A stretch of 64,000 bases of DNA, from contig MFPS01000009.1 of the NCBI GenBank assembly GCA_001782825.1, positions 31,770 through 95,769 on the forward strand. Reading direction: 5' to 3'. The notes beneath the pieces were generated by a model that saw nothing but the letters and a program-made list of their open reading frames with translations, ran no database searches and had not been told where the DNA came from. This DNA is from Candidatus Magasanikbacteria bacterium RIFCSPHIGHO2_01_FULL_33_34. GTDB taxonomy: Bacteria; Patescibacteriota; Patescibacteriia; Magasanikbacterales; UBA922. How positions within the stretch are numbered: the first letter of the stretch is position 1; the number at the start of each line of letters is the position of its first letter. Positions 17,986 through 28,177 of the stretch are shown piece after piece. A program made the translations under genes and the position numbers.

Positions 17986-19356
17986 TTACTTTATTTTCAC
18001 AAAAAATCTTTTACCTTTTTGGACAATATCGCCTGATTTTACTTGAACATCAATTTTTAAAACTTTTTCATCATTGATTTTTACTCCACCATCATCAATA
18101 GCACGACGAGCTTCTGAGGTACTTTTGACAAATCCAGCTTCTACCAATACTGATACAATGTCTTTTTCTTTTGGTGATAATTCCATCATGCTATCTGGCT
18201 TGTCTTTATTCTGGATTACTTTGACAAAATATTCCTCACCTTTTTTTCCCGATTCTTCACCCAAAAATGCTTTGGTTATTTCATAAGCCAATTTCATTTT
18301 TAAGTCACGCGGATCTGCATCCTTAAATTCTTTTTCTATTTTCTTTACTTCATCCATCCCCACATTAGTACAAAGTTCAAAACCACGCACAATCATATCA
18401 TCAGCCCAAGACATAACTTTCCCATACATTTCTTCAGGTTCATCGTTAAGTGCTATCATATTACCCTCACTCTTGCCCATTTTCTTGCCAGACGCATCAA
18501 CCAAAAGTTTTGTAGTCAAAACAAATTTTTCTTTTCCTTTCATTTTCTTCATTAATTCTCTTCCGGCTAACATATTAAAAGTCTGATCATTGCCCCCAAC
18601 TTCTCCATCTACATCCAGTCTAACGCTGTCATAAGCCTGCATTACTGGATACAAAAACTCATGTAAATATATTGGTTTAGGAGATGTAAAAATTGAAAGT
18701 TTTTTTTCATTATTATTGCTATTAAGCATTTCCTCAACTGTTCTACCACATTTAGAGCACTTTGTAATTTTTGGAAAATCAACACCTTCTGATGTCGTAG
18801 AATTATCAGATAAAGTTGAATATGGTTGGGTAAATACATTATCACAAAAAATACATTTTATCTCTCCCCTATATCTTCTTTCAAACATATCTCTTTCTAA
18901 CATTCTTTGTACAGTAAACTGAGAAGTAAGGTCTATAACATTAGCAAAACTCATCTTTTTAAACCACTCACTATTATATTTGATTTGTGCTGAATTTTTT
19001 CCTTTGAAATTCAAAATGAGCGAAGCTTGTTCCTTATAATTTTTACAATTTTCCAAAACCTGATCTCTTGTTAATACTTGTCTGGCTGATGTTTTGTCAG
19101 TCGGATCACCAATCATACCTGTAAAATCCCCTATCAACATGATAATTTTATGCCCTAAATCCTGAAATTGTCTTAATTTCATCATGGTAATACCATGACC
19201 AATATGTAGAGTCGGCGCAGTCGGATCATAACCGGTATACAGGGTAAGCTGTTCAGTACTTTTTAATTTTGATTCCAAAAACTCTTTATTGGGGTAGATG
19301 TTTTCTACACCTCGCTCCAAAAGTTCATTAATTTTTTGTTGGTCAGTATTTATCAT
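17986..19356 (-). CDS. tyrS: Tyrosine-tRNA ligase with an inserted CxxC..CxxC segment
   Basis: GYDPTAPTLHIGH, YPVMQAYD, GGNDQ, KMGKS, C-terminal S4 domain. Confidence 0.95.
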   Translation of the reverse strand: MINTDQQKINELLERGVENIYPNKEFLESKLKSTEQLTLYTGYDPTAPTLHIGHGITMMKLRQFQDLGHKIIMLIGDFTGMIGDPTDKTSARQVLTRDQVLENCKNYKEQASLILNFKGKNSAQIKYNSEWFKKMSFANVIDLTSQFTVQRMLERDMFERRYRGEIKCIFCDNVFTQPYSTLSDNSTTSEGVDFPKITKCSKCGRTVEEMLNSNNNEKKLSIFTSPKPIYLHEFLYPVMQAYDSVRLDVDGEVGGNDQTFNMLAGRELMKKMKGKEKFVLTTKLLVDASGKKMGKSEGNMIALNDEPEEMYGKVMSWADDMIVRGFELCTNVGMDEVKKIEKEFKDADPRDLKMKLAYEITKAFLGEESGKKGEEYFVKVIQNKDKPDSMMELSPKEKDIVSVLVEAGFVKSTSEARRAIDDGGVKINDEKVLKIDVQVKSGDIVQKGKRFFVKIK

Positions 19357-19370
19357 ATTATTATTTATTT

Positions 19371-19737
19371 ATGTCATTCCCGCGCAGGCGGGAATCTAGT
19401 TTATTTGCACAAATCATTCCAATTTGGATTATTTTTTTCAATTAATTTAACCTTCCATTCTCTATTCCATTTTTTCATTGCTTTCTCTCTTTTTATAGCC
19501 TCCTCTATATTAACATAATCTTCATAATAAACTAATTTATCTACTCCATATTTTTCTGTAAAACCTTTTATAACTTTATTTTTGTGTTCTAATACTCTTC
19601 TAGTTAATTCATTCGTCACCCCTATATACAAAGTACCATTTCTTTTACTTGCTAATATATATACATAATAAGTTTTTATCATATTACTGGATTCCCGCCG
19701 GAGTTTATCCCCGTGTAGACGGGGGCGGGAATGACAT
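19371..19737. mobile_element. REP-like palindrome-flanked GIY-YIG element
   Basis: Terminal inverted repeats ATGTCATTCCCGC (19371-19383) / GCGGGAATGACAT (19725-19737), each part of a GC-rich palindrome, bracket one gene. Confidence 0.65.
19401..19682 (-). CDS. GIY-YIG nuclease family protein
   Basis: YYVYILASKRNGTLYIGVTN..RRVLEH...EAIKREK..KKWNREWK...NPNW.DL. Confidence 0.93.
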   Translation of the reverse strand: MIKTYYVYILASKRNGTLYIGVTNELTRRVLEHKNKVIKGFTEKYGVDKLVYYEDYVNIEEAIKREKAMKKWNREWKVKLIEKNNPNWNDLCK

Positions 19738-22398
19738 CTACATCAAACTTTCTAATTGTTTTTTTAATTTTTCTAATTTTGTTTCTGCTTCTGCCAATTT
19801 TTTCTTTTCTTCTTCTACCACTGCTTTGGGCGCATTGTCTACAAAACCCTTGTTTGCCAATTTGCTGGTTTGTGCTTTGACATACGGTTCAATATTTTGT
19901 ATTTCTTTTTGCAAACGAGCTTTTTCTTTTTCTAAATCTACTGCACCAGATAAGTCTAAATATACTTCATATCCACCAGCTACAAATCCAACCATATTTT
20001 CAACTCCAGATTTTTCATTATTGACATACAAATTATCCAAACGAGCCAATGCGCTAATAATTTTATTATTATCTTTTACCAATTCTACATTTTTGCCAAA
20101 AATATGCGCATTAATTTTTTTAACTGGTTCAATTTTATTTTCTGATCTAATCATGCGTATTTGTTCTACAATATCTTTAATTGCCAAAAAATCAACATTT
20201 ATATCAGTCCTTTCAAAATCGCTAGGCTTGTGAACAAAACTAGGCCATTTCTCAATCATCAATATCTCATTCTCCCCATAAACCTCTGTCCAGATTGCTT
20301 CGGTTACAAATGGCATAAATGGATGCCAAAGTTTCAAAATTGTATTTAAAATATAATTTAATATTTCACTCTTGTCGCTTTCAACTTTTGAAATTTCCAA
20401 ATACCAATCAGCCAAATCTCCCCAGGTAAAGTCTCTTAAATTTTCCCCAGCAAATGAAAAATTAAAATTTGCAAAAGAATCCTCTACTAAAGATTGTATA
20501 TTTTCCAAAGATTCTAAAATCCATTTATCAGCTAAAGTTTTTGCTTTTGGTTTTTTACAATCTACTTTTTGTTCATCAATATTCAACAACATAAATCGTG
20601 AAATATTCCAAAGCTTATTGGTAAAATTGCGAAAACCAGCAATTTTTTCCTCAGACAATTTCATATCATTGCCGGATGTACTACCCAAGAGCAATGACAA
20701 ACGAGTCGCATCAGTACCATACTTCTCTATCATATCTAGTGGATCAATAATATTCCCCAAGCTCTTGCTCATTTTCTTACCAGTTTCATCACGCACCAAA
20801 CCATGCAAATACACTTTTTTAAATGGAATTTCTCCCAAAGTATAGGTAGTCATCAAAATCATACGAGCCACCCAAAAAAACAAAATATCATAACCAGTTT
20901 CCATAACTGAAGTTGGGTGATATTGCATATCAGGAGTATTTTCTTCTGGCCAACCAAGTGTAGAAAAAGTCCACAGACCTGAGCTAAACCAAGTGTCTAA
21001 TGTATCTGAATCTTGTACCCAACCATCACCAGCTGGTGCTTCTAATCCAACAAAAATTTCTTCATTTTTATACCAAACAGGAATCTGATGACCATACCAA
21101 AGCTGACGAGAGATACACCAATCACGCAAATTATCTATCCAATGAAAATAAGTTTTTTCAAATCTCTCTGGAATAATCTCTATTTGTTTATTCTTTACTA
21201 CTGTTTGCATCAACTCTTTTAAACTTACTTCTTGCCCATCTTTTACGCCATCAATTTTGGACTTTTCTAATTTGAATTTTTTATTTACATCTACAAACCA
21301 TTGTAATTTTGGCAAAACTTCTACTACATCTCCAAACCTATCAGAAGTACCAACATTTTGTATTATGTCTTCTTCTTTTTCTAATAATCCTTTTTCTTTA
21401 AGCTCTGCAACTATTTTTGCTCTTGCCTCTACTACACTCAAGCCTGCAAATTTACCACCTTCATTTGAAATCTTGCCATCCTCGCCAATTACTTTTATCA
21501 GTTCAAGATTATGTTTCTGAGCCATTTCATAATCAGTCATTGAATGTGCTGGCGTTACACCAAGCGCGCCCGTTCCAAAGTCAATTTCTACTGCCTCGTC
21601 ACCAATAATTTTTAGTTTCAAACTTTGACCCAAAAAATCAATATCAAAAACTTTGTCTATATATTTTTTGTATCGTTTATCCTTTGGATTCACTGCCACA
21701 GCCGTATCACCCAGTTTTGTCTCTGGTCTGGTAGTGGCAATAGTAAATGGGAAGTTCTCTGAATATTTAAAGGTATATAATTTTGCCTGTCTTTCTAAAT
21801 GTACAATTTCATCATCAGACAATGTACTTTGGCCTTTGGTAGACCAATTGACTGCTCTAAATTTCCTATAAATCAACTCATCGTCCGACATTTTTTTAAA
21901 AACTGTCCGCACTGCCAAATTTCTTTTTGCGTCCAGTGTAAAAGCTTCTCGACTCCAATCCAAAGATGCACCCATTTTTTTGCATTGATTGACAATCGTA
22001 TCATGAGACTCCTTCGCAAATTTATTTACTTCTGCCAGAAATTTTTCTCTGCCTAAATCATGTTTACTCTGACCAGTTTCTTCCAACAGTTTTTTTTCTA
22101 CTTTGGCCTGAGTAGCAATAGCAGCATGATCAGTACCCGGCAACCACAAAGTTTTGTCACCTTTCATTCTATGATATCTGACCATTACATCTTGGATAGC
22201 CAACATTGCCGCATGGCCCATATGCAAATTACCTGTTACATTTGGTGGAGGCAAAACAATTGAAAAAGGTTTAGCTTTTGCGTCTGTTACACCTTTTTCA
22301 ATACAAATATCAGGATTAAAAAATTCGCTGTTTTCCCAGCGTTTGTAGGTATCATTTTCATATTTTTTAGGATCGTAAGCCTTTTCTAATTCTCGCAT
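19738..22398 (-). CDS. valS: Valine-tRNA ligase
   Basis: PPPNVTGNLHMGH, WCISRQLWYGH, KMSKS, C-terminal coiled coil; likely start at MRELEK. Confidence 0.97.
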   Translation of the reverse strand: MRELEKAYDPKKYENDTYKRWENSEFFNPDICIEKGVTDAKAKPFSIVLPPPNVTGNLHMGHAAMLAIQDVMVRYHRMKGDKTLWLPGTDHAAIATQAKVEKKLLEETGQSKHDLGREKFLAEVNKFAKESHDTIVNQCKKMGASLDWSREAFTLDAKRNLAVRTVFKKMSDDELIYRKFRAVNWSTKGQSTLSDDEIVHLERQAKLYTFKYSENFPFTIATTRPETKLGDTAVAVNPKDKRYKKYIDKVFDIDFLGQSLKLKIIGDEAVEIDFGTGALGVTPAHSMTDYEMAQKHNLELIKVIGEDGKISNEGGKFAGLSVVEARAKIVAELKEKGLLEKEEDIIQNVGTSDRFGDVVEVLPKLQWFVDVNKKFKLEKSKIDGVKDGQEVSLKELMQTVVKNKQIEIIPERFEKTYFHWIDNLRDWCISRQLWYGHQIPVWYKNEEIFVGLEAPAGDGWVQDSDTLDTWFSSGLWTFSTLGWPEENTPDMQYHPTSVMETGYDILFFWVARMILMTTYTLGEIPFKKVYLHGLVRDETGKKMSKSLGNIIDPLDMIEKYGTDATRLSLLLGSTSGNDMKLSEEKIAGFRNFTNKLWNISRFMLLNIDEQKVDCKKPKAKTLADKWILESLENIQSLVEDSFANFNFSFAGENLRDFTWGDLADWYLEISKVESDKSEILNYILNTILKLWHPFMPFVTEAIWTEVYGENEILMIEKWPSFVHKPSDFERTDINVDFLAIKDIVEQIRMIRSENKIEPVKKINAHIFGKNVELVKDNNKIISALARLDNLYVNNEKSGVENMVGFVAGGYEVYLDLSGAVDLEKEKARLQKEIQNIEPYVKAQTSKLANKGFVDNAPKAVVEEEKKKLAEAETKLEKLKKQLESLM

Positions 22399-22575
22399 AT
22401 TTTTAACTTCAGTAATACTAATTTTATACAATTTTGGCTAATAAATCAAGTTTTTATTAATTTTTATGAAAAATTGCTAAAATTAGCAAAATTTAAAGAA
22501 AAAAAGTTACTTTAAAATAAGTTCCTCTAGGTAATTGACAGTCTGATAAATCTATGTTAATATGCTTAATCAACT

Positions 22576-23721
22576 ATGTCATTCACAAACACTCAACAAA
22601 TCAAACAACTAATAAGTGATAAAAAACAAATACTTATCACTTTTAGTCGCGATGCGTCAATTGACTCAATCTCAAGTGCATTGGCGCTTCTTTTATTTTT
22701 GGAAAAACAAAGTAAACCAGTTGATATTGTATGTGATAATTTTTCTTTGCCAAACCAATGTAAATTCTTAAAACAATCAGACCAAATAAAAAATAATTTT
22801 GATTATTTACAAAAATTTATCATATCCATAGACGTAGAAAAAACTGGTGTGCAAGAATTGAGCTATGACATGAAAAATGAAAAACTCCGAATCTTTATAA
22901 CTCCAAAACAAGGCTATCTTAATCAAGATAATATTAAAACTGCTCAAAGTGACTTTAGATATGATTTGATTTTTGTGGTTGGCACACCGGATTTGGAATC
23001 CTTAGGGTCAATCTATGACAATAATACAGATCTATTTTACAAAACACCGATTATCAATATAGATAATCAATCTGGCAATGAACATTTTGGCCAAATTAAT
23101 TGTATTGATCTTACATGTTCTTCTACGACAGAAATCCTATTTGATTTACTCAAAAATATTGGAGAAGAATATATTGATGAAAATATCGCAACCGCGCTTT
23201 TAACCGGTATAATATCTGAAACAAAAAGTTTCAAAGCAGAAAATATAAAACCATTCACTCTCAATACTGCCAGTAAATTAATCGACATGGGCGCAAATAG
23301 AGAAAAAATTATTAATAATCTATATAGAAACAGAACAATCCCTATGTTAAAACTCTGGGGGAATACTCTTACCCACATGCAAAGTAACAAAAATATAGGG
23401 TTAGTTTGGAGTACTATTACAAAAGATGATTTTACTAGATCAAATGCCAAAGAAGATGATCTACGCGATATAATTGATGAATTAATCAGTACCTCACCAG
23501 AAGCAAAAATAACATTATTGATTCATGAACACACAAATTCAAACGAAAACAAAATTCACGTTATAATAAATTCAAAGAAAAATATTGACCTCAAACAATT
23601 ATTGACCAAATACAAACCAACTGGTTCAAAAGATAAAATATCATTTTTTGTAGAAAATAAAACTCTCAAAGAAGTAGAAGAGGAAATTGTTGAAGAACTA
23701 ATTAAAATAATTAAGGAATAA
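22576..23721 (+). CDS. DHH/NrnA-like phosphoesterase fold, catalytic motifs degenerate
   Basis: NrnA-like layout (PIINIDNQ..NEHFG, SSTTEIL, ATALLTGIISET) but DHH is replaced by DNQ. Confidence 0.75.
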   Translation: MSFTNTQQIKQLISDKKQILITFSRDASIDSISSALALLLFLEKQSKPVDIVCDNFSLPNQCKFLKQSDQIKNNFDYLQKFIISIDVEKTGVQELSYDMKNEKLRIFITPKQGYLNQDNIKTAQSDFRYDLIFVVGTPDLESLGSIYDNNTDLFYKTPIINIDNQSGNEHFGQINCIDLTCSSTTEILFDLLKNIGEEYIDENIATALLTGIISETKSFKAENIKPFTLNTASKLIDMGANREKIINNLYRNRTIPMLKLWGNTLTHMQSNKNIGLVWSTITKDDFTRSNAKEDDLRDIIDELISTSPEAKITLLIHEHTNSNENKIHVIINSKKNIDLKQLLTKYKPTGSKDKISFFVENKTLKEVEEEIVEELIKIIKE

Positions 23722-23746
23722 TATAAAATACTATCTTTATATTAAT

Positions 23747-25321
23747 TTATACCAACAATGACCTACCCGTCATCTCTGGTGGTATATCTATTTCTAATAA
23801 CTCTAATATTGTAGGCGCTACATCTGCTAAAACTCCAACTGGTTTAATAAGACTCAAATCAGTATCTGGTGGGTCCCCTCCTGGACCAGCTTGGCCACGA
23901 TATTTATTTGCTATAATCAAAAATGGTACTGGATTAGTACTATGTTCTTTATTCATTTCTCCAGTCTGTATATTTAATATCTCTTCAGCATTACCATGAT
24001 CAGCTGTAATCAAAAATACACCATCTTTTGCCAAAACATGCTCAGCAATTGACCCCAAACCTTTATCTACAGACTCTACAGCAAGCAAAACTGCATCATA
24101 ATTTGATGTGTGTCCAACCATATCAGGCGATGCATAATTTAAAAAAATTACATCAAATCTATCTGCCTCAATTGCTTTTACAACTTCTTTTGTAATTTCT
24201 GGTGTAGACATTTCTGGAGCCAAATCATACTTTGCTACTTGTGGCGAAGCAATGATTTGTCTTTCTTCACCTTCAAAAGGTTCCTCAATTGTACCATTCA
24301 AAAAAAATGTAATATGAGCATACTTTTCTGTCTCGGCCACATGAAATTGTTTAAGCCCAGCATCACTTATAACTTGTGTCATACTATTGTGAACCACCAT
24401 TGGCGAAAAAGCGACAACTACAGGAATCTCTTTTTCATATTCTGTCATTGTTACAAAAAATAAATTTTTAATATATTCTCTTTCAAATTTTGCAAAAGAA
24501 GGCAATACAAATGCTTTTGTCAACTGACGAGCCCTATCTGGTCTAAAATTAAAAAAAACAACGCCATCATCATTTTTTATAACTGCTTTAGGTTTATTAT
24601 TAGAGCCTATTACTACTGGCACAAACTCTTCATCAAAAACTTCTTCTCTATATGATGTTTGTATAGCCTCCGAAACATCCTCATAAATTTTTCCTTGACC
24701 TTCTGCCATAGCTCTATAAGCTTTTTCAGTTCTATCCCACCGATTATCTCGGTCCATTGCATAATATCTACCAGATATTGTGGCTATTTCACCAATTTTC
24801 AACTCTTTCATTTTTTTCTGCATTTGCTCAACATAGTCTATACCTCCATTATACAAAGTATCCCTACCGTCCAATATTACATGCAAATATACTTTTTTTA
24901 ATTTATTTTTCTTTGCCAGCTCAAGCAATGCATAACAATGGGTCTGACTAGCATGAATATTCCCTGGACTAACCAAACCAATCAAATGAAGCGCGGATTT
25001 ATTTTGTTTTACATGTTCTGTAACTTTTTTGAAGGCATCATTTTCAAAAAAAGATTGATCACTAATAGATTTATTTATCCGAGGAAATGTTTGATAGTAT
25101 ACCCGACCAGCCCCAATATTGAGATGTCCAACTTCTGAATTACCCATCTCGCCGAATTGCAAACCAACCTCATTTCCAGAAGCATATAATGTCATGGCAG
25201 GATATTCTTTTATAAATTTATCGTAATTTGGAGTTTTGGCATGAAAAATAGCATTCCCCTTAGAATCAGGTGCGACCCCCCAGCCATCTATTATTGCCAG
25301 AACTACTGGTTTTGGTCTCAT
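23747..25321 (-). CDS. gpmI: 2,3-bisphosphoglycerate-independent phosphoglycerate mutase (copy 1)
   Basis: IDGWG, GNSEVGH, GRYYAMDRD, AETEKYAH, DMVGH, TADHGNAE. Confidence 0.95.
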   Translation of the reverse strand: MRPKPVVLAIIDGWGVAPDSKGNAIFHAKTPNYDKFIKEYPAMTLYASGNEVGLQFGEMGNSEVGHLNIGAGRVYYQTFPRINKSISDQSFFENDAFKKVTEHVKQNKSALHLIGLVSPGNIHASQTHCYALLELAKKNKLKKVYLHVILDGRDTLYNGGIDYVEQMQKKMKELKIGEIATISGRYYAMDRDNRWDRTEKAYRAMAEGQGKIYEDVSEAIQTSYREEVFDEEFVPVVIGSNNKPKAVIKNDDGVVFFNFRPDRARQLTKAFVLPSFAKFEREYIKNLFFVTMTEYEKEIPVVVAFSPMVVHNSMTQVISDAGLKQFHVAETEKYAHITFFLNGTIEEPFEGEERQIIASPQVAKYDLAPEMSTPEITKEVVKAIEADRFDVIFLNYASPDMVGHTSNYDAVLLAVESVDKGLGSIAEHVLAKDGVFLITADHGNAEEILNIQTGEMNKEHSTNPVPFLIIANKYRGQAGPGGDPPDTDLSLIKPVGVLADVAPTILELLEIDIPPEMTGRSLLV

Positions 25322-25330
25322 ATATATACA

Positions 25331-26905
25331 TTAATCAAATAAGCATTCACCTGTCATTTCCTCAGGCTTATTAATATTCATTAGTTTTAACATAGTCGGC
25401 GCAATATCAGCCAATCGTCCTTTACGCATTTTTACACCTTCCATTCCCTTTTTAACTATAATAAATGGAACTAAATTAGTAGTATGTTCAGTGGAAACTT
25501 CACCAGTATCAGGATTTATCATTTCTTCAGCATTTCCATGATCAGCAGTAATTAAGACTTGTCCATTTTTATTTTCTACAACCTCATCAACTATTTTTTT
25601 AATTTGTTCATCTATAAATTGCACTGCTGTTTGAACAGCATTTAATTCTCCAGTATGTCCAACCATATCTGCATTTGGAATATTCATACAAACAAAATCA
25701 TATTTATCTTTTTGAATATATGAAACTACTCTATCAGTCAACTCTTCAGCATTCATAGTTGGTTTTTCTGCATAAGATCTAATCGAAATTGAATTTATTA
25801 CTTCTCGTTCTTCACCATTTAAAGCTTTAGAGTAACCACCATTTATAAAATAAGTAATATGAGCATATTTCTCTGTTTCAGATATATATAACTGCTTATA
25901 GTTCTCACCAATTGCTTTTGCAAGGGCATTGTCTACATCCGGACTTGGAAATGCCGTAAAAATTCCTGGCAAATCTGGTCCAAAATCAGTCATTGCCACA
26001 AAACGAGTATTTTGAGGAAATTTTGATCTTTTAAAAGCTCCAAGATTTTTCTTTTGAAAATCTGGTTGGACAAAAGCCTTCGTAAGTTGACGAGCTCTGT
26101 CACTTCTTGCATTTATAAAATAAATTGAATCATTATCATTAAATAACCCTACTGGTTTACCATTTTCAACAATAACAGTCGGCTCAATAAACTCATCAGT
26201 ATCCCCTCTTTTGTATGATTCTTTAATAGCATCTTCTGCGCTTGTTGCTATTCTACCTTGCCCTGAAACAATTGCTTCATATGCTTGCCTTGTTCTATCC
26301 CATATTTTATTTCTATCCATAGCATAAAATCTACCCATCAATGTCGCAATTTTCTCATGACTAAGTAAATGTTTTCTCAACTCTTCTAAATGCATCAATG
26401 CACTACTTGAAGCAGAATCACGACCATCAGTAAATAAATGCAAATATACTTTACCTTGACGCTCGCGACGAAAATATTCCAACATTGCAAAAAGATGATC
26501 AGGACATGCATGAGCACTAGAACCATCTGTCAACAATCCAAAAATATGAACAGCTCTATTATACTTTTTTACATGAAAAAGAGCTTGTTTAAATGCCTCA
26601 TTTTTAAAAAATGTTCCATCCTTAATTGATTCTGAAATCAAAACTAAATCTTGTTTTACAATTCTACCTCCACCAATATTCAAATGCCCAGCTTCAGAAT
26701 TGCCCGGTTGACCATCTCTGAGACCGACATCTTTACCAGATGCCAACAATTCTGTACTAGGATATTGTTTCATATATCCAAATATATTTGGGGCTGTCCT
26801 TTGGGTAATACCATTACCTTTTTTGGTCTCATCAGCCAATCCAAAACCATCTAATATAATCAATACGGTCGGTATATTTTTAATTGATGCATCTTTTTTA
26901 AACAT
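25331..26905 (-). CDS. gpmI: 2,3-bisphosphoglycerate-independent phosphoglycerate mutase (copy 2)
   Basis: LDGFG, GNSEAGH, GRFYAMDR, ETEKYAH, DMVGH, TADHGNAE. Confidence 0.95.
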   Translation of the reverse strand: MFKKDASIKNIPTVLIILDGFGLADETKKGNGITQRTAPNIFGYMKQYPSTELLASGKDVGLRDGQPGNSEAGHLNIGGGRIVKQDLVLISESIKDGTFFKNEAFKQALFHVKKYNRAVHIFGLLTDGSSAHACPDHLFAMLEYFRRERQGKVYLHLFTDGRDSASSSALMHLEELRKHLLSHEKIATLMGRFYAMDRNKIWDRTRQAYEAIVSGQGRIATSAEDAIKESYKRGDTDEFIEPTVIVENGKPVGLFNDNDSIYFINARSDRARQLTKAFVQPDFQKKNLGAFKRSKFPQNTRFVAMTDFGPDLPGIFTAFPSPDVDNALAKAIGENYKQLYISETEKYAHITYFINGGYSKALNGEEREVINSISIRSYAEKPTMNAEELTDRVVSYIQKDKYDFVCMNIPNADMVGHTGELNAVQTAVQFIDEQIKKIVDEVVENKNGQVLITADHGNAEEMINPDTGEVSTEHTTNLVPFIIVKKGMEGVKMRKGRLADIAPTMLKLMNINKPEEMTGECLFD

Positions 26906-26919
26906 AAAAATAAATTATA

Positions 26920-28170
26920 TTACTTTTTAATTTCACTTTCAATTTGCATTAGACGATTATATTTTTCTACTCTTTCACTACGAGACATTGATCCAGTCTT
27001 GATAAATTCTGCATTTACAGCTACGGCAAGATCAGCAATAAATGTATCAGCTGTCTCACCAGATCGATGTGAAATAGAAACTTGATACTTATTTTTTCTT
27101 GCTAAATATATTGCATCAATTGCTTCAGACAATGTACCAATTTGATTCACTTTAATCAATACAGCATTACAAACCCCTTCATCAATGCCCTTTTTTATCC
27201 TAGCAGTATTAGTCACAAACACATCATCTCCTACAAGTATAATTTTTTTGCCAAGATTGCGTGTAAGTTCTGACCAATTCTCCCAATCATCTTCTGACAA
27301 AGCATCCTCAATGGATATAATTGGATATTTTTTTATCCATTCAGACAATAATCGGCCAATTTTATTTGCAGAAGAAGTCTGCTTTTGATTTATAAAATAA
27401 TAATTTCCATTACGATAAAATTCAGAGGCAGCAATATCCATTGCCAAAAATACATTTTTACCAGCTACAAAACCAGCTACTTTTATGGCTAACATCAACA
27501 ATTTGAGTGCCTGCTCATTGTTTAATAAATCTGGAGCAAAACCACCTTCGTCGCCCACTGCTGTATTATACCCTTTTTCTCGCAAAATTGATGCCAATGA
27601 ATGAAAAATCTGTGAGCCCATTCTCACTCTCTCTTTCATTTCTTTATGTATTGGCACTATCATAAACTCCTGAATTGTCAAATTGTTATCTGCGTGTCGC
27701 CCTCCATTGATAATATTCATCGTTGCAACAGGCATTCTCCAACCATTTTCCTTGAGATCATAAACCTTTCTAATATACTTATACAAAGGCATATTAACAT
27801 CATTGGCAGATGCGCGAGCACAAGCAAGAGATACTGCCAAAATTGCATTCGCACCTAATTTCTTTTTGTTAGGAGTACCATCCAATTCAATCATTTTTTT
27901 ATCAATTTCTCTTTGAGAATAAATATTCATACCATTCAATCCATCATTGATCACCGTATTAACATTTTTTACAGCTTTCAAAACTCCTTTTCCGCCATAA
28001 CGCTTGGTCTTATCACGCAATTCAACTGCCTCATGAGAACCAGTAGAAGCACCACTAGGCACAGAAGCCACACCAAATATATTGTTATCCAATATTACAG
28101 TAGCCTCAACAGTAGGATTCCCTCTTGAATCCAATATTTCTCTAGCTGTAATTTTTTTTATTTTGGCCAT
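26920..28170 (-). CDS. eno: Enolase
   Basis: REILDSRGNPTVE, VPSGASTG, GDEGGFAP, SHRSGET, IKTGS.SRSER. Confidence 0.97.
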   Translation of the reverse strand: MAKIKKITAREILDSRGNPTVEATVILDNNIFGVASVPSGASTGSHEAVELRDKTKRYGGKGVLKAVKNVNTVINDGLNGMNIYSQREIDKKMIELDGTPNKKKLGANAILAVSLACARASANDVNMPLYKYIRKVYDLKENGWRMPVATMNIINGGRHADNNLTIQEFMIVPIHKEMKERVRMGSQIFHSLASILREKGYNTAVGDEGGFAPDLLNNEQALKLLMLAIKVAGFVAGKNVFLAMDIAASEFYRNGNYYFINQKQTSSANKIGRLLSEWIKKYPIISIEDALSEDDWENWSELTRNLGKKIILVGDDVFVTNTARIKKGIDEGVCNAVLIKVNQIGTLSEAIDAIYLARKNKYQVSISHRSGETADTFIADLAVAVNAEFIKTGSMSRSERVEKYNRLMQIESEIKK

Positions 28171-28177
28171 AACTACT

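Noticed and set aside
18679-18861. Intein or intron in tyrS
   Set aside because: The insertion is in frame, only about 60 aa, and lacks the intein C-terminal HN-C/S/T signature and recognisable intron structure
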